Notes: generated by a model not told the origin, from the letters alone. 32,000 bases of DNA from Wallemia ichthyophaga EXF-994 (GCF_000400465.1 NW_008806277.1:180001-212000), one strand, 5' to 3'; shown: positions 10,061 to 23,370, counted from the stretch's first letter. Program-made: numbers and translations.

Positions 10061-12413
10061 CTACTTCTTTCCTTGCCTCACTGATAACTTTATCTGATCG
10101 CCATCATCGAGATTGTAACTCGCTATAGTTTTTGAATTGGATAAAGTTATGTTTCCAAAATCTAACTTCATTCTACCAATCGGTGGCCCGCGTTTGCCCG
10201 CTCCATTCTTGTCCTCCAATGCCTCAGATATGTGCTCACGTATCACACCGCTCATTGCTGTCAGTGGAGTTGGAGATAGCTGAACAATCGATCCATCTAG
10301 TCCCCATTCTGAGTTGCTTTGATCCAGCGGAAGTTGGACTTTTAGTGTTACTTGACCTGCTGGATGATAATCCATCCACCTATGGATTGCTCATCAATAA
10401 GAGACACTAACAACAGAAAGTCAACATACTCATCCTCGGTATAATACTGTCCTTCTGGTAGCTTTTGCACTTTAGCGCGCTTAGATTTAACTGCAAATGG
10501 TTCCATTTCAGCTTCATCAGCCGTCCGCACATTGCCAGAATGTGGCATATGAAATTTGGGAACAGAAGGTCCCGATGGTGCTGCTGACATTGTTGCACCC
10601 GATGGATCGTACATGTTTCCATATGAGTTGATTTGCGGACCAGCTGTTGTGGCTTGTGGCGCTTGACTGCTGAGCTGTTAGAAATTTCAACGTTTAATCG
10701 AGACAACCCACTTTATTCCGAGCGTCTGGTTAATTCTTTCAGCTTGGACCTCTGAGTCCGCTTGCGCTTGGTAGCGTTGTGATATACTGTCAGCACTAGC
10801 CGTGTGACCATCCCAGACTCCAGCCTCTTTCCTTCTCTTGACATCTTGAGCTGCTGCTTCAGCCTCCTTCCTTCTAAGCTCGGCTTTCTCTCTATCTTGT
10901 CCGAATATATCTGTACGCCCTTGCGCAAGATTCTTGAGTGAGGAAGCAACGTCTGCACCTTGCTGCAATAGCACTGAAGCTTGACGCCTGCTTTCTGCAT
11001 ACTCCTTCTTCTCTTGCCACTTTGGATCTAAAAGCTCTATACGCAAGTGATTGGCGAATTCCTCGTTCGGCACAAGTGCACCGGAGATTGGTGAGCGTGA
11101 GAAGCCTTGCGGTATCTGTTGCTGTTGCTTTTGTGCTGAAGAAGAAGTAAGTATGTTATAATGGTGTAACAAATACACTCACACTTTGGTACATAATTGG
11201 TCTTGATCTTCATTCCCTCTGGTGCAATTGGAGCTTGAGCAGTCGGTTGTGGAGTATATTGTTGCGGTACATGTCCTTGTCCTTGCTGTGGTGCTGCTTC
11301 CATATTTACATCTTGTGTTGATGTGGATGGTTCGGTGATAATCTCTTCCTCGAGGAGGGACGTCATTCGCTTTTGTGCCATTGCAAGGTTCCTGACTTCC
11401 TTGATAGAGAGAGGAGCAGGCAATTCAAGGACGCTATCAGCTGGAGTGATCTCAATAGTCTCACAAACGACAAAGTCCTGCCAATCAATACTTTGAAATG
11501 CCGCTAAATTGAAATTAGCTCAAGTTGGGGCATATAAACGAGATAAAACCCACCTAACTCCTTTTCAGACTCCTGCTCACGCTTCTTCAAACCATCTCTC
11601 TTATAACTCTCCCATTCAGCACGTAAATTTGCGTTATCAACGAGCTGCTTCTTCTTTTCTGATAGGCTAAGCCTATCAAAGTCATCATCTAAAGGTGCAG
11701 AAGTACCCTTGATAACTTTCATGTACTGTTCAACATAATTGTTAAATAAACCGAATAGACTGTGATTTGGACGCAGGAAATCGAATTGAGGATTACGATT
11801 CTCACGACCACCAAGCATAGAAATAAAAGATTTCCCACGACGAGCAGTGAATAGTGCAGTGAGTCGTATAATATCCCTTAATGCACGTATTAGATTATGA
11901 TTTGATGGGTATCAGGCAGATGATACTCACAAATCAACAGCCAAAGCGTTGTCAGGAATATCAGCACTGAATTCATGCGCTAATGGTTCCTTTGGGATTG
12001 GCTTTGAAGGGTAAGTTGATGGCACTTGTGATATTGAAGGAGTGCTAGCTGCTGATCTACCAAAGGTATCTGAACGAATTTTAGCTCTCTGAATAGCCCT
12101 CCAGCTTCTTAGTTACCTTCTTTATCTCCTGCCTTTACTCTGTCGCACTTCCATTTGTAATAACCGTGATAAGCGTCTGCTGAGTTCAAAAATGCAAATT
12201 TCGCGTTAGATCTTTCTTTCTCTCTAATCTTCTCTTCCAAAAGAGCACCGTGTGGGGAATTTGCGACGTAATTTGCAGTTTTATCAACTATGCCTGGAGA
12301 AGGTGTGAGTGGATGGAGGTTGAGAGGCAATGAGGCGCACTTCTAATATCTGGTGGTGGATATATCATTCCCTCGGGCGGAGGAATTTTTGTAATTTGTG
12401 GATTGCCGTTCAT
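10061..12413 (-). CDS. PRP21: Splicing factor 3A subunit 1 (Prp21/SF3A1): two SURP domains and a C-terminal ubiquitin-like domain
   Basis: IYPPPDIR..IVDKTANYVA; DIIRLTALFTARRG..FDFLRPNHSLF; IDWQDFV; HLRIELLDPKWQE; GHTA; C-terminal TIASYNLDDGDQIKLSVR. Confidence 0.93.
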
Positions 12414-12540
12414 CTGTTGGTGGTGGTGGTGAGAGATGGCAAGAGAGATGGTAAGAGATGGAACACAAGGGGAAATAAATGATATAATTATTAATGCGAT
12501 AGTTACAAATATTCGAATACAATTAATTTTAGTCATTAAC

Positions 12541-14664
12541 TCAACACGCTGGCATCTTTGAAACATCAATCACTGCCAATCCTTCATTCTTTGTTCCAAA
12601 TATTATTCTGTTTCCTTCAGGTGCTTGCCATCTTAGATCATATAAGCCATTGCTAGTTATCCAATCTTTCTGTATTTGACCTGTGATTGATTGCCATAAC
12701 GTTATTCTACCATCTGCTCCTCCCACTGCTAACATACGTCCATCCGGGCTGAAATCCGCAGTGAAAACGTGATTCTTTGAGTGTTTACACTTCCAAATTA
12801 ATTCTCCTGATTCTGCATTCCAAAGTCGTACATGTCCATCCATTCCACCTGATAGCAGTAATGGCTTATCTAAGAAGTTGGATTGTGGTGCCCATATTAG
12901 GCATCCTATTTCACGTTCATGTCCCCGCATAACTCTTATGCAATCTGCATCTGGCTGCGGTCTACGATCGTATGGTTCTTCTTTGCTAAACTTCCACACC
13001 CTGATCGTTGCATCATCAGAACCTGAAGCTAGATACTCTCCCGATGGATCCCATCTGACTTGATTTACTTCACGAGTATGCCCATAAAGTGCTTTTATTG
13101 GTTCCGGATCGCCACATTTGAAAACGTAGATGATTCTGTCACCACCAGCGCTATTCCACGTTAACGACGCTTCAATTTTAAGAAACTCACTCACGTTGCT
13201 AATATATCGTTGTCAAGCCAGTCGGCATCAAGTATCGAACCCATGTGGTATTGCCATTGGTGTTCAATATCAAATGTTTGGATGTCCCATACTATCGTGC
13301 GTTTGTCCAATCCAGCACTGGTATATGATATAAGCTTTTATAGGCCATAAATTTGTCAACTTACGTTAAAGCTCGAGTTCCGTCTTTATTAAACTTGACT
13401 GAGAATACTGGGCCTTTGTGCACGCGTTTTTCCATAAGAATATCACCGTTTCTGGTCCATATCCATACGCTACCGTCGTATGCACCAGTCATAATCATTT
13501 CACCGTCCGACTATATGTTGTTAGAATAAACTCAATTTGAAACCGATAACTCACACTCCATGCAATAGTTGTAATATCACGACCATCACCCTTACGAGGT
13601 GGTCCCTTTAACTGCGAACAGTCGATAACTTCAAGGGTCTTTCCCTTCATCTCTCTTCCAACTGCTGGTAGAGTCCATATTTTGAGAATACCGTCAGCAC
13701 CGCTAAATAAAATTAGATCATGATCTGCAATTAAACGTTACTCACCTGCTTGCAGAGACATTGCTATATTTTGGATTAAAAGCTGTTGCGTAAACCTGGA
13801 CTGATTAGATTGATTGTGGTAATAAAGTGATAAACACACATTGCCCATGTGACCCTCCAACCAAATAGCTTCCGCTTTTGTAAGTTTCTTCATCTGTTCA
13901 CGTGGTGCTTCACCTGGTTTAAATTTAGGCTTTGGTGGGGTAGGAACAGGGCCATTGTTAGATGATCTAACTTTGACCTTGTTAACATCTCTAGCTGTTC
14001 TTCTGTATTTGTCATTAGCTTTTTCGGTATCCATTGATGCAGAAGAATCATCGTCAGCTTCATCGGAAGAGTCAGCATGTTTTCTCTTTGAGTTGGCAAT
14101 TTGAGTAGAAGGGTCAACTATAATTTGAGCGTTTGCAGGTCTATCACTAGCCATAGGAGCAATGAGTGCAGGTGGAGGAGGTTGAGGGATTGAAGCATCT
14201 GCAATTGAAAAGTCTTGAACGTCGACATCCTTGAGAAGCCTGAGAGGTCTTTCATAAGGAACAATGGTGCCATCCTATTGTTTGAAAATAAAGTGAAAAT
14301 TTGCAAGACTATGGTTAGTAACGATAGCGAGAAAGAAAAGGCGAAACTAACGGTACGAACAGATCTTTCAATTTCATCGTATAATAAACCTTTTTGAAGG
14401 TATTTAATAAGTAAACCACGTTCCAAAGGGCCATTAGGTTTAGTGAGGGGTAGACTAGCTTCGGTATTGAGGGTGAAAGCTGTGTGATTAAAGCCTTAAA
14501 GCCTGTTAAATAATAAATATTTAAAAGAACTAAAATTTACCAGAATCCTGCAAGTAAGATAATATTAAAAGGTTCATCTCTTGTGAGGAAATTGCAGGTG
14601 CTCTAAGTGAATCCTTTTGATTTGAGTAGGTGGGTGGTAGATCACCATTGAAATTAGAATCCAT
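12541..14664 (-). CDS. LisH plus WD40 protein, TBL1/Sif2-like corepressor subunit
   Basis: LisH-like EMNLLILSYLQDSGFNHTAFTL..RGLLIKYLQKGLLY. WD repeats LYGHTREVNQVRWDPSGEYLASGSDDATIRVW and others. Multiple introns. Confidence 0.85.
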
Positions 14665-15144
14665 TCTTATATTTTATCGATTTTTGTATTTTATTTTAAA
14701 CTTAAATTGATCAAGTTGATGATGATGATGTATAAGAATCTCTCCCGGTGAATCTATGCTAAAATTTTCACTTAGTTTCTTTAGTTCAAATTACTAAAAA
14801 ATATACAATATTCTAAACGCCATAGCTCATCTTTGACCCTTGCATATTACCAAAAAAAAAACTTCATAAATTATCAATCACTTAAACGCGTTGATAAAGG
14901 TGTAGATATGATAAATTAATGTAATTCTTACCAATGATGAATTTATCTTACGCAAATTTACAACATTGAGGGTCAGACATATATCGGCATGTACGACAGT
15001 TACGTGCGAGTATTTGTTTATCTAGCAAAATACCAAGCAGGTCTATAAAATTCTAAGGAAAAATGTTTATTGTGTTTAAATTTTGTAAACCAATCTAAAT
15101 ACTGGTTTTAGCATGTTAAATATCACCATCATATTTATACCCAA

Positions 15145-17017
15145 ATGGAAAGGCGTACAAGGCTGCAGAATTCTAATACTATCAACTTAAACGCGGAGGA
15201 CGTCGAAGCTGTAATATCTCATGGCACACACGAGCAGATTACGGCTTGTCTGCGTGTACTCCTTGAGAATAGAGATACCGTGAGCTATACTTTGATTTAC
15301 TGCAAAATCTAACAACCAATCACAGACTATCACTGATAACAAAGACTTGAATGATCAATTATCAGATTATCAATACCAACTCGATACCAGTACCCAAGCT
15401 TTTGTTCAGTCTCAATCACAGCTGAATGATGCTCTCGCCGATCAAGCTGCTATCGAAGAAGATGCGCTTTCTAGACAAGTTCAACTAGAACTTTTATCTT
15501 CAAAAGTTGAAGCTTTTCAGCGTAAAGAGAATGAACTGCACAGGTCTCATCAGATTCAACTTGATAAGTTCGATAACGATAGAAAGTCTTGGTTTGAATT
15601 GGAGTCTGGCCTTCGAGGTAAAGTTACTTCCCTCAGTGCTAAAATTCTGGCTGCAAATAGAAGCGCCAAATATGATGCTACTCCCCCAACTTCCCCTTCT
15701 AGTCCTAATTCTTCCAATTCCGCTCCTATTATCAAGTCTATGAGTATTGAGAGTGCTTCAGAGAGGTCTGCTAGAGAGGCTACTCTAGAAAAGCTTCAAC
15801 ACTCACTCGACATGGAGAAGCAAAGAAGATCTATCATTGAACGCAGCGAGCATTCCCTAAAGTTTGAGCTAGATCAATCAAAGCGCTCCGTTGAAGAACT
15901 AAGATCTGAGAACTCTAGTTACATGTTGCTTTTACAAGAGCGTACATTCTCCGGTGACCTCCTCGGCTCAAGTGTGTTCGACACGATGCGTGACTTTGAC
16001 GATACCGGTATTGCTGTCATAGCTGAAGAGCCAGAGAATGACTCTATTGATCACAGTGATGATGAAAATAGTGAGCAATTCACTCCGAATCGCAGAAGAG
16101 CCCGTAGACGCGGTCCTGTTGATTCACGCAGGAAGCCCCAGCCAAGCCAGTCACCTAAGCCACTCAGTGAAGAGAATGGTGGTAACATTGGTGTGAGTGA
16201 GATCTATTCTTTGTCAATTGTGCTGACTAATGCAGGTCACCGGCCCCGGATATGATCTCGCTGCGGAATTGGGTAGGGCCAAGCTCGATACAAGCGACAG
16301 AGAGGAAACTTTAGATTGTGAGTGTGTCATGCTGGAAAGGTCTCATCTAACACCCCTAAAGCCCTTAAGAATGACAATAAAACACTCAAAGAAGCGAACA
16401 AGGCGCTGACGACATATGTCTCAAAAATTATCGAAAAGATTATCAATCAAGAAGGTTTTGAACATATTCTTGCAAGTGACTACCGCGATCCTGAGCAACG
16501 TGAAAGTATCAGATTGAAGCGTTCTCAAACCATGTCATCTAGTGCGGGGAGATCTAGCTTAGGTGGAGTTTCGGATACATTACTCAACTCACGCAAGAAA
16601 ACTACGGATAGCAACACTTCGACTGTTCGTACTAGAACTCATCATAGGGGAAGTAATGATAAGCGGAAAAGTTTGTCCATAGATTGGTCAAACATAGGAG
16701 GATTCTTCAAAGGAAATCCAAATCCAAATGAAAGCACAGCGCAGAAGCTGCCAAAGCAGGAAGAAGATGAAGATGACCGTAAAGAAAGGGACAAAGTGCG
16801 AGCAACGATGAAAAAGATATCATCAGAATCATTAAAGACTGATGGTCAGTTCACAAGATTTGATAACGAAGGAAGGGCAGATGTAAGAACAAGATCAGGC
16901 TCCGTTGGTACTGGAGCATTAGCAAACTGGCGTAAGAAGAGAGCTGAACGTGCCGAACTTGTTTCAAAGAGTTCTGGTAGCGCTTTAACAGACATGACTA
17001 ACGGCAGCGCACAGTGA
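15145..17017 (+). CDS. Coiled-coil protein with a C-terminal FIP/Rab-binding-like segment
   Basis: Long heptad-rich ORFs joined by introns. The segment DLAAELG...LKEANKALTTYVSKIIEKIINQEGFEHILASDY is a conserved-looking fungal motif. The function is inferred. Confidence 0.7.
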
Positions 17018-17097
17018 GGATGAGATCACAATAAAAAGATAATTTGTATACCCATTGGATTCATTTAAATATAAACCTATCTTTATCAAGTACGGTG

Positions 17098-19214
17098 ATG
17101 TTGCGATCGACGTCGAGGCTGCTCAATGCCACACAAGGCGTATCTGGGAGGTATATTTGCACAAGTAGAATAGTAACTCAATTAAATCAGGATGAGGAGT
17201 TACAGAAGCTTTATCGGGACATTGAGCTCCATAATAATACATCCACAGATCTTTCCAATGTTATACATCCTGGGCTTTGGGAGAGTGAAGAAAGGATCGA
17301 GACTAACTCACCTGCTTACAAGTTTGGCAAGTACGGCGCTGGTCAGGTAGTCATCCCAGATTCAGTTGATAGCACCATGTCCGAAAGACTGGCGAATACT
17401 AATAAGGCTGAGCTAAGGCAGCAAACAAGGAGTATTTACAAGCTACTTGAAGTAAACAAGAACCTGTCTCCAAAGCAAATCCCAAGATTTATCGCATATA
17501 CACGTCCTGATCAGCCATTAGCATATGCATTGGCTATCGGACCTGGTGTTTATGCGGCTGTTTATAGCGTAATGAGGGAGATTCGAAGAAGAGCATCCAG
17601 TGAAATAGATGGTTGGCTTCCTCACAGGGTAATCGAGTTGGGTTCAGGTGCTGGAATATCTGCTTGGTGAGTCCATCTCATCCAATGAGATACAATCGAT
17701 TTATAAAGGCATACAGGGCAACTATGGATGCCTTCAAGTATGGCGGTAACTCTCACTCGATAGCGGCAGAAGATTTCCAAGATAATGATGAGACTGCAGT
17801 TGTGAATGGTAGTAACGCAGACGAACCTGAGCTTCATCCAGTGCAACAGTATGATGCATTTGACCCTAGCGAGATGATGAACGATTTCAATAGGCAGCTA
17901 TGGAAAGACGCTCAACGGAAGGCTCAGCTGAATGTCACAAGAAAGTTCATCTCATCTAGATTCAAATCAGAGGATCCAGTGGAGGTGAGTTGTTAGTATG
18001 CTGCATCGCAATCTACTAAATTAAGGCAGTCATCGAAAACCCTCGCCCTATCAACTTTCACGCTCTCAGAATTGGGTAATCCTGCAGACAGACGGGAGGT
18101 AATACACAGAATGTGGAAGTCAAATGCAGACATGATGGTAATAATAGATAGGGGAACGCGCGGAGGATATGAGCGTGTAATGGAAGCTCGCCAACAGCTA
18201 TTAGATCTCGGAGGCACATCTGAAACTTCAAGTCACGTATTGGCGCCATGTCCACACGATGGCAATTGCCCATTGCTCAATACCAAGGACTTCTGTCACT
18301 TCAGTCAACGCTTACAAAGACCTGCTTATCAGCGTTATATCAAGAAGGCCAAGTTGGGTACAGAAGACCAAAAGTACTCGTATGTTGTGGTTAGACGAGG
18401 TCAGAGACCATCGTCAGAGAGCAGTAAAGCACTTAATCAATTGTCAAAGTACAGTCCAAGCGAGTTGATAAAGTTGCAGAAACTGGAAGCACGCAAGAAT
18501 CTTGAAGTTGTTGGTGAGATTGAGAATGTTAATGAGATGATGATGTCGACAGCGGAATCTACACCAAATCCAGAATTGTTGGACAGCTCGTCAACACCAA
18601 TAGTAGAAACAGCATCAAATGCTCAAATAGATACAGATGTTGCTCTGCAAGAAGACCTCACAAACAATCCTACATATGATAACAGAGATCTGCTATTAAA
18701 GGATAGTTTCAACTGGTCTAGAGTAATTTATCAGCCAATGAAACGTAAAGGACACGTGATATTCGACACATGCTCTCAAAGAGAACGTATAGAAAGATTC
18801 GTCATAACTAAGCGAGACGGCGATAGTGCTTATAGAGATTCTCGCAAAGCAAAATGGGGTGACTTATTTCCACACGATCCATCAGGCACTGTTCAAGTCA
18901 AGAATGGTGGCATAAAGCGTACAATGCCAACACTACCTGAAGGAGTAATTGATGAAAATCAACTGAAACCAGAACATAAAGATGCTGCATATACTGATGA
19001 TAATGGCAAAGTTGTTATAGATTCGTATGATCATGATCATGCTCACAATGAACGCACTCATAAGCGTAGAGTTAGAGGTATAGGATCAGCTAGGAAGTTG
19101 CGTAAAGGAAAGGGTGCACGTATGGCTGATTTGATGGAGAAGAAGATGGTGGATGAGCGATTGGAGGGTATAGCGAGAGACGCTACTGATGAGATTATGA
19201 GGAATCGTTACTGA
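17098..19214 (+). CDS. RSM22: Mitoribosome small-subunit assembly factor Rsm22/METTL17
   Basis: Mitochondrial-type N-terminus. Motifs VIELGSGAG, IIDRGTRGG, VLAPCPHDGNCPL, CHFSQRLQRP, PMKRKGHVIFDTC, YRDSRKAKWGDLFP. Two introns, near 17668 and 17986. Confidence 0.93.
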
Positions 19215-19427
19215 TGGGTCTGAATTTCATACCAGTGTTTTTATAGCATTGCATTATTGTCTAATAATCACGCATTTACTCGAACTCAATGCGTATATAG
19301 TCGATTTACAAGATTATGAGAAATATGAATGATAATGCAACATAAGAATTAGTCGAAAATGATGGTAGAGTTCCAAGATGATAGGAAAAGTGAAAGGTTT
19401 TGTCTATAAATAAGATAAGAAGTAAAA

Positions 19428-21625
19428 TTATTCTTGTTTAATACCCAAGCCAATAAGTTCTTCCTTTGAATCAACGTTCTTCAAAGGTGGAAGAACGTTA
19501 TGAGATTCAGAGTTACTCTCATCGTATTCCTTGTTCTGACGCGGACCAGCTTCACCGCCACATAAGTCAAGAATAGACTGTCTCCTTGAAGCATTGGTAT
19601 CTGGTCTTTCTTCATACTCTTCATAATCTTCATCTTCCTCTTCAACTTCTTCACCGTCAGCTCTAGTGATTGCATCGAATTTGAAAACATTTGAAGCTTG
19701 CTGTGATTGATTAAATTGATTTTGATTCATAATCGATGATGATTCGTTGTTCGCAGAAGATAACGGTCTCAAAGCTTCAGAAGAAGACACTGGTCTTGAC
19801 GAACCGAATGGTACGTGAATACCAGCCGAAGAAGGTGGTGGTAGATATGGAACGCTATCATTGAAACCTACATTACTCTTCCTTGATGATCTAGGTCTGA
19901 TTGAATATTCATCCCATGTTGTACCACCATTATTGTTACTTTGTTGAGCAGGCTCAGATTGGTTTGGTTGATTATCTGATGGTGGTTGATAACCAAACAT
20001 TCCATTGGATTGGAAGCTATTCTTGCGGAAGGGTAGTGGTTGAAGGTTTGAAGGAATTTGATAAGTTGGATCAAAGTAGCTAGTTGCAGTAAAGTACTCA
20101 GAAGTAGATGGCCTATGACCTTGGCTGGAATGTGGCTTATAGGTTGTAGTTTGAGTTGGAGATGGTAACAGGGGAGCCTGATAGATTTCTTGCTGCTGTT
20201 GTTGTTGTTGCTGTTGCATTTGATGATGATGTTGCAGTTGATGTTGACGCTGCAATTGCTGTTGATGATGCATTTGTTGATGCTGGTGCTGTTCAACAAC
20301 TGAAGCTATTGAAGGAAGCCTTCCTGCTTCTTGTGTACTTTGAATACTTTCAGGGGTATCTCTAACTAAAGGAATCGGGGTAGAAGTTGGCGTTGGTCTC
20401 AAAGCATGAGGAATAGCAGGAGTTTGATTATGCGGTGACCATTCTTCTAAAACAGGCGGAGCAGCGGAAGAAGCTGAAGTTGAAGAATTTGAAGGATGAG
20501 CATCCATTATTGGAGCTGAAGATGAAGCATAAGCTGTGTGTGGATGTGATTTTGTAGGCATTGAAGCTGAATGCAACATTGGATGAGACTGATGAGGTTG
20601 TTGAATTGAGGCAGCAGGAGAAGGAATTAGCGGTTGAGCACTTTGAGGTTGATACATATTAGATGACCAATTGAAACCGTTCCCTTGTAGAACTATATGT
20701 TGATTTGGGAAAGTTGGACGGTGTTGAATGTGATCAGTTGGTGGAGTGTGTGTCATATGAGCTTGTGGTAGAGGAGGTTGAGCAGAGGTAGTTGGTATAG
20801 GAGAGCTACTTGGCGTTGAAGACATCGTTGCTAGTTTCTTAGTTGTTTGACGCTTTCTACCTCTTTGAGATTCAGTTGGAACGGCGGAGCCATCACGACG
20901 ATCAACGACTTGAGCATCAGCAACTTGCTTTTCTGAAGCGTTTGCAGCAAGTTGGGAATGTAAGTTAGACATTCCCTTTAATAAGCTATCATTCATTTCT
21001 GGTTGATCAGCGTGTACCTGTGCCTTGAATCAGGATACGTAACTGTAAAGAGAAAGTGTGTACCTACAGTGCCTGCGTGTTGTCGAAGGTTATCTAATCT
21101 AGAAAATGCTTTACCGCAATGGCATTTCTAAAAAATTTAGTTAGTAATTCGACTTCCTTTTTTTTTTAAAAAAAAAAGAAATATAGAACGTACGAATGGG
21201 CGTTCACCCGTGTGCTTTCTAACGTGTCTAGCCAAGTGTTCAGAGCGAGTGAATTGCATACTGCAGTTACCATAACCAGTACATTGGAATAATTTTGAAG
21301 GCTGGCTGCGAGGTTTGCGCTGTGGACCCACGTGATTTGTATCAGCTTTTCGTCTGCGACCTTGAGCCTTTGGAGGGGAAGGATCTTGAAGGGGTTCTTG
21401 GATAGAAAGTGGAGGTTGTGAGGGTTGTTGTAATGGTGGTGTTTGGTGGTTAATGAGTTGTTGGGTTTGTTGGGGTTGTGGAGGTTGTGGAGGTTGTTGT
21501 GCACGTTGAGCTTGTTGCTGTTGTTGCTGTTGTTGAGCTTCAAATTGCTGCGGGTTATAATAGAAAGGATGCTGCTGATTATCTACGTAGTATCCCCTAG
21601 GATAATACTGGAACTGATGATTCAT
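19428..21625 (-). CDS. C2H2 zinc-finger transcription factor, Usv1/Rgm1-type, Q/P-rich
   Basis: Spliced fingers [54 protein letters not shown]. Two introns. Poly-Q tracts. Confidence 0.88.
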
Positions 21626-22041
21626 TGTACTTTGTTTAATGAAATTCCTTTATAGAAGCTAAAGCTTTTAAATTTCAAGTCAAATTCAATAATTTACTGC
21701 TAAATAAGCAAATACAGGTTGTGCCTGCCTTTATTGCTTATGGTTGAACAGAAAGAATGGCTGACCTGAGTTAGTTACCCAAGGTACATAAAAAATGATT
21801 AGAAATTTATTGTTATGTGTTAGTATTTATGAAGAGTAGGTGTCGCTTCTTATTCATATCTATTCTTAAAAACTTTATTCTTCATTCGTCCAACTCTCAG
21901 CCAATCAGCTCAATTGTTCAGGACACAAGGGCGATTCAAAGTTAGCCACTCTTGAGTACATATTTAATCATATCCACCTGTGATAATACAATTTATTAAT
22001 TCAATAAGCATAAAACTCATTTTAGCTTATGGTCGAACGAA

Positions 22042-22968
22042 TTATAACTTCAAGTCATTGAGAATGTTGATCAAATCATTATTACCACCTAGCTTAATAA
22101 TCTCATCAATTGCTTGCTGATGAAGGTGGTTTATAACAGATAAAGTAAAATCAGCAGATTTAGTTTTGGTATTGAGGTAGTTGATAAGGTATAGCTTTAA
22201 ATCATCATCTTTAGTGCGTTGTTTGAGTATATTTATAATTTGATTAGATTTATTATCTGTTAGAATTCCATGTATTATGGGATAACTGAACTTTCCTTCA
22301 GATATATCTTCAGCGAATCCTTTGTTCTTGGTGTAAGATGATTCGAATAGGTTGCAATAATCATCACGTATTTGAAACAGAACACCAATAATGTTAATCA
22401 AAGGGATTAGATTGAGATTTGATGGAGATTTTGATAACATCAATCTCACTGCGAGTCTTAGTAAACCACCAGTTTTATTATTAACCATTTCCAAGTATTC
22501 CTTTGTAGATGGGCAAATGTGATTATCTCTAAAGTATAGATCCATACCTTGACCTCTGTGTAAATTGATAAGTTCTTGATTAACGATATTGATCAGATTG
22601 AAATCTTCAAGGGAGTGTAAATCGGAGAGTGCTTGGAAGTAGATGTAGTTTGCGGTATTAATTGTGGAAGGTATGCCATATATTCTATGAGCAACAGGTA
22701 AACCTCTCCTCTTATCGGAGTCATCTTCAATGTCATCAATCAATAGACTAGCGTTGTGAAGCTTATCAATGACATTTGTGATAATTGAAAGATGAGTCTT
22801 ATCCAAATTTAACCAAATATTGAAAGCATCTATCAATTTCAATCTAAATTGTTTGCCTTGATTGCTATTTAAATAAACAAAAGGCTCTAAAAGCTTATTC
22901 TCATTATGTCTACTCCAATTAAAGTCTAAATTTTTATTCAAATTATCAAATTCGTGCAAATTGACCAT
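22042..22968 (-). CDS. BTS1: Geranylgeranyl diphosphate synthase, intronless
   Basis: LLEPFVY..GKQFR; first Asp-rich motif LLIDDIEDDSDKRRG; LHRGQGMD; KTGGL; second motif QIRDDY; EDISEGKFS. Confidence 0.93.
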   Translation of the reverse strand: MVNLHEFDNLNKNLDFNWSRHNENKLLEPFVYLNSNQGKQFRLKLIDAFNIWLNLDKTHLSIITNVIDKLHNASLLIDDIEDDSDKRRGLPVAHRIYGIPSTINTANYIYFQALSDLHSLEDFNLINIVNQELINLHRGQGMDLYFRDNHICPSTKEYLEMVNNKTGGLLRLAVRLMLSKSPSNLNLIPLINIIGVLFQIRDDYCNLFESSYTKNKGFAEDISEGKFSYPIIHGILTDNKSNQIINILKQRTKDDDLKLYLINYLNTKTKSADFTLSVINHLHQQAIDEIIKLGGNNDLINILNDLKL

Positions 22969-22987
22969 AACCTTGGTTGTAAATACA

Positions 22988-23339
22988 ATGAGTGGATTGA
23001 GATTGTTAATAGAAAAGAGATCCACAATATTTAATCAAAATTTAAACCCTTTGAATATTAGGAATGGCTTCAAGTACCTCAATAAAAGATTGATTGGTCC
23101 AAAGGCCTTGGAGTATTACCCACCTGCGATTGATATTAGATTATTCAAGCAACTCAACAATCTTCCTTCTACTTTCGTTACAAATAAAGAGAAGCAGAGA
23201 TTGTTAGACGTTGATGCAAGGAAGAGAAGGGGTAAATCTCCACCAAAGAAGGGTGAGTGGGCTATTATCTAGCGTAACCATGTCTAACAGTAATTGCACT
23301 ACAGGACAAGGCAGAAGATCAAGTATGAAGAAGAAGTAA
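22988..23339 (+). CDS. RSM27: Mitochondrial ribosomal protein mS33/Rsm27
   Basis: RSTIFNQNLNPLNIRNGFKYLNKRLIGPKALEYYP...RRGKSPPKKGQGRRSSMKKK*. One intron, about 23253-23304. Confidence 0.88.
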
Positions 23340-23370
23340 TTATAACATTAAATTAATATCTTATCTTAGC

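Noticed and set aside
14495-14540. Duplicated GGCTTTAA giving two possible 3' splice sites in the SIF2-like gene
   Set aside because: The proximal site gives a 38-nt intron too close to the likely branch point and a frameshift. It is probably unused.
14930-15100. ATGATGA C-box-like motif in the spacer before the coiled-coil gene
   Set aside because: No CTGA D box or terminal stem within a plausible distance.
17098-19214. Possible Rsm22-Cox11 fusion, as known in fission yeast
   Set aside because: The ORF stops at 19214 with no Cox11-like sequence.
19481-21655. Overlapping alternative-frame ORFs in the ORF track, here and at 123..482, 3358..3690, 25409..25765 and 28400..28663
   Set aside because: These are shadow frames of real genes or of low-complexity sequence, with no independent coding signal.
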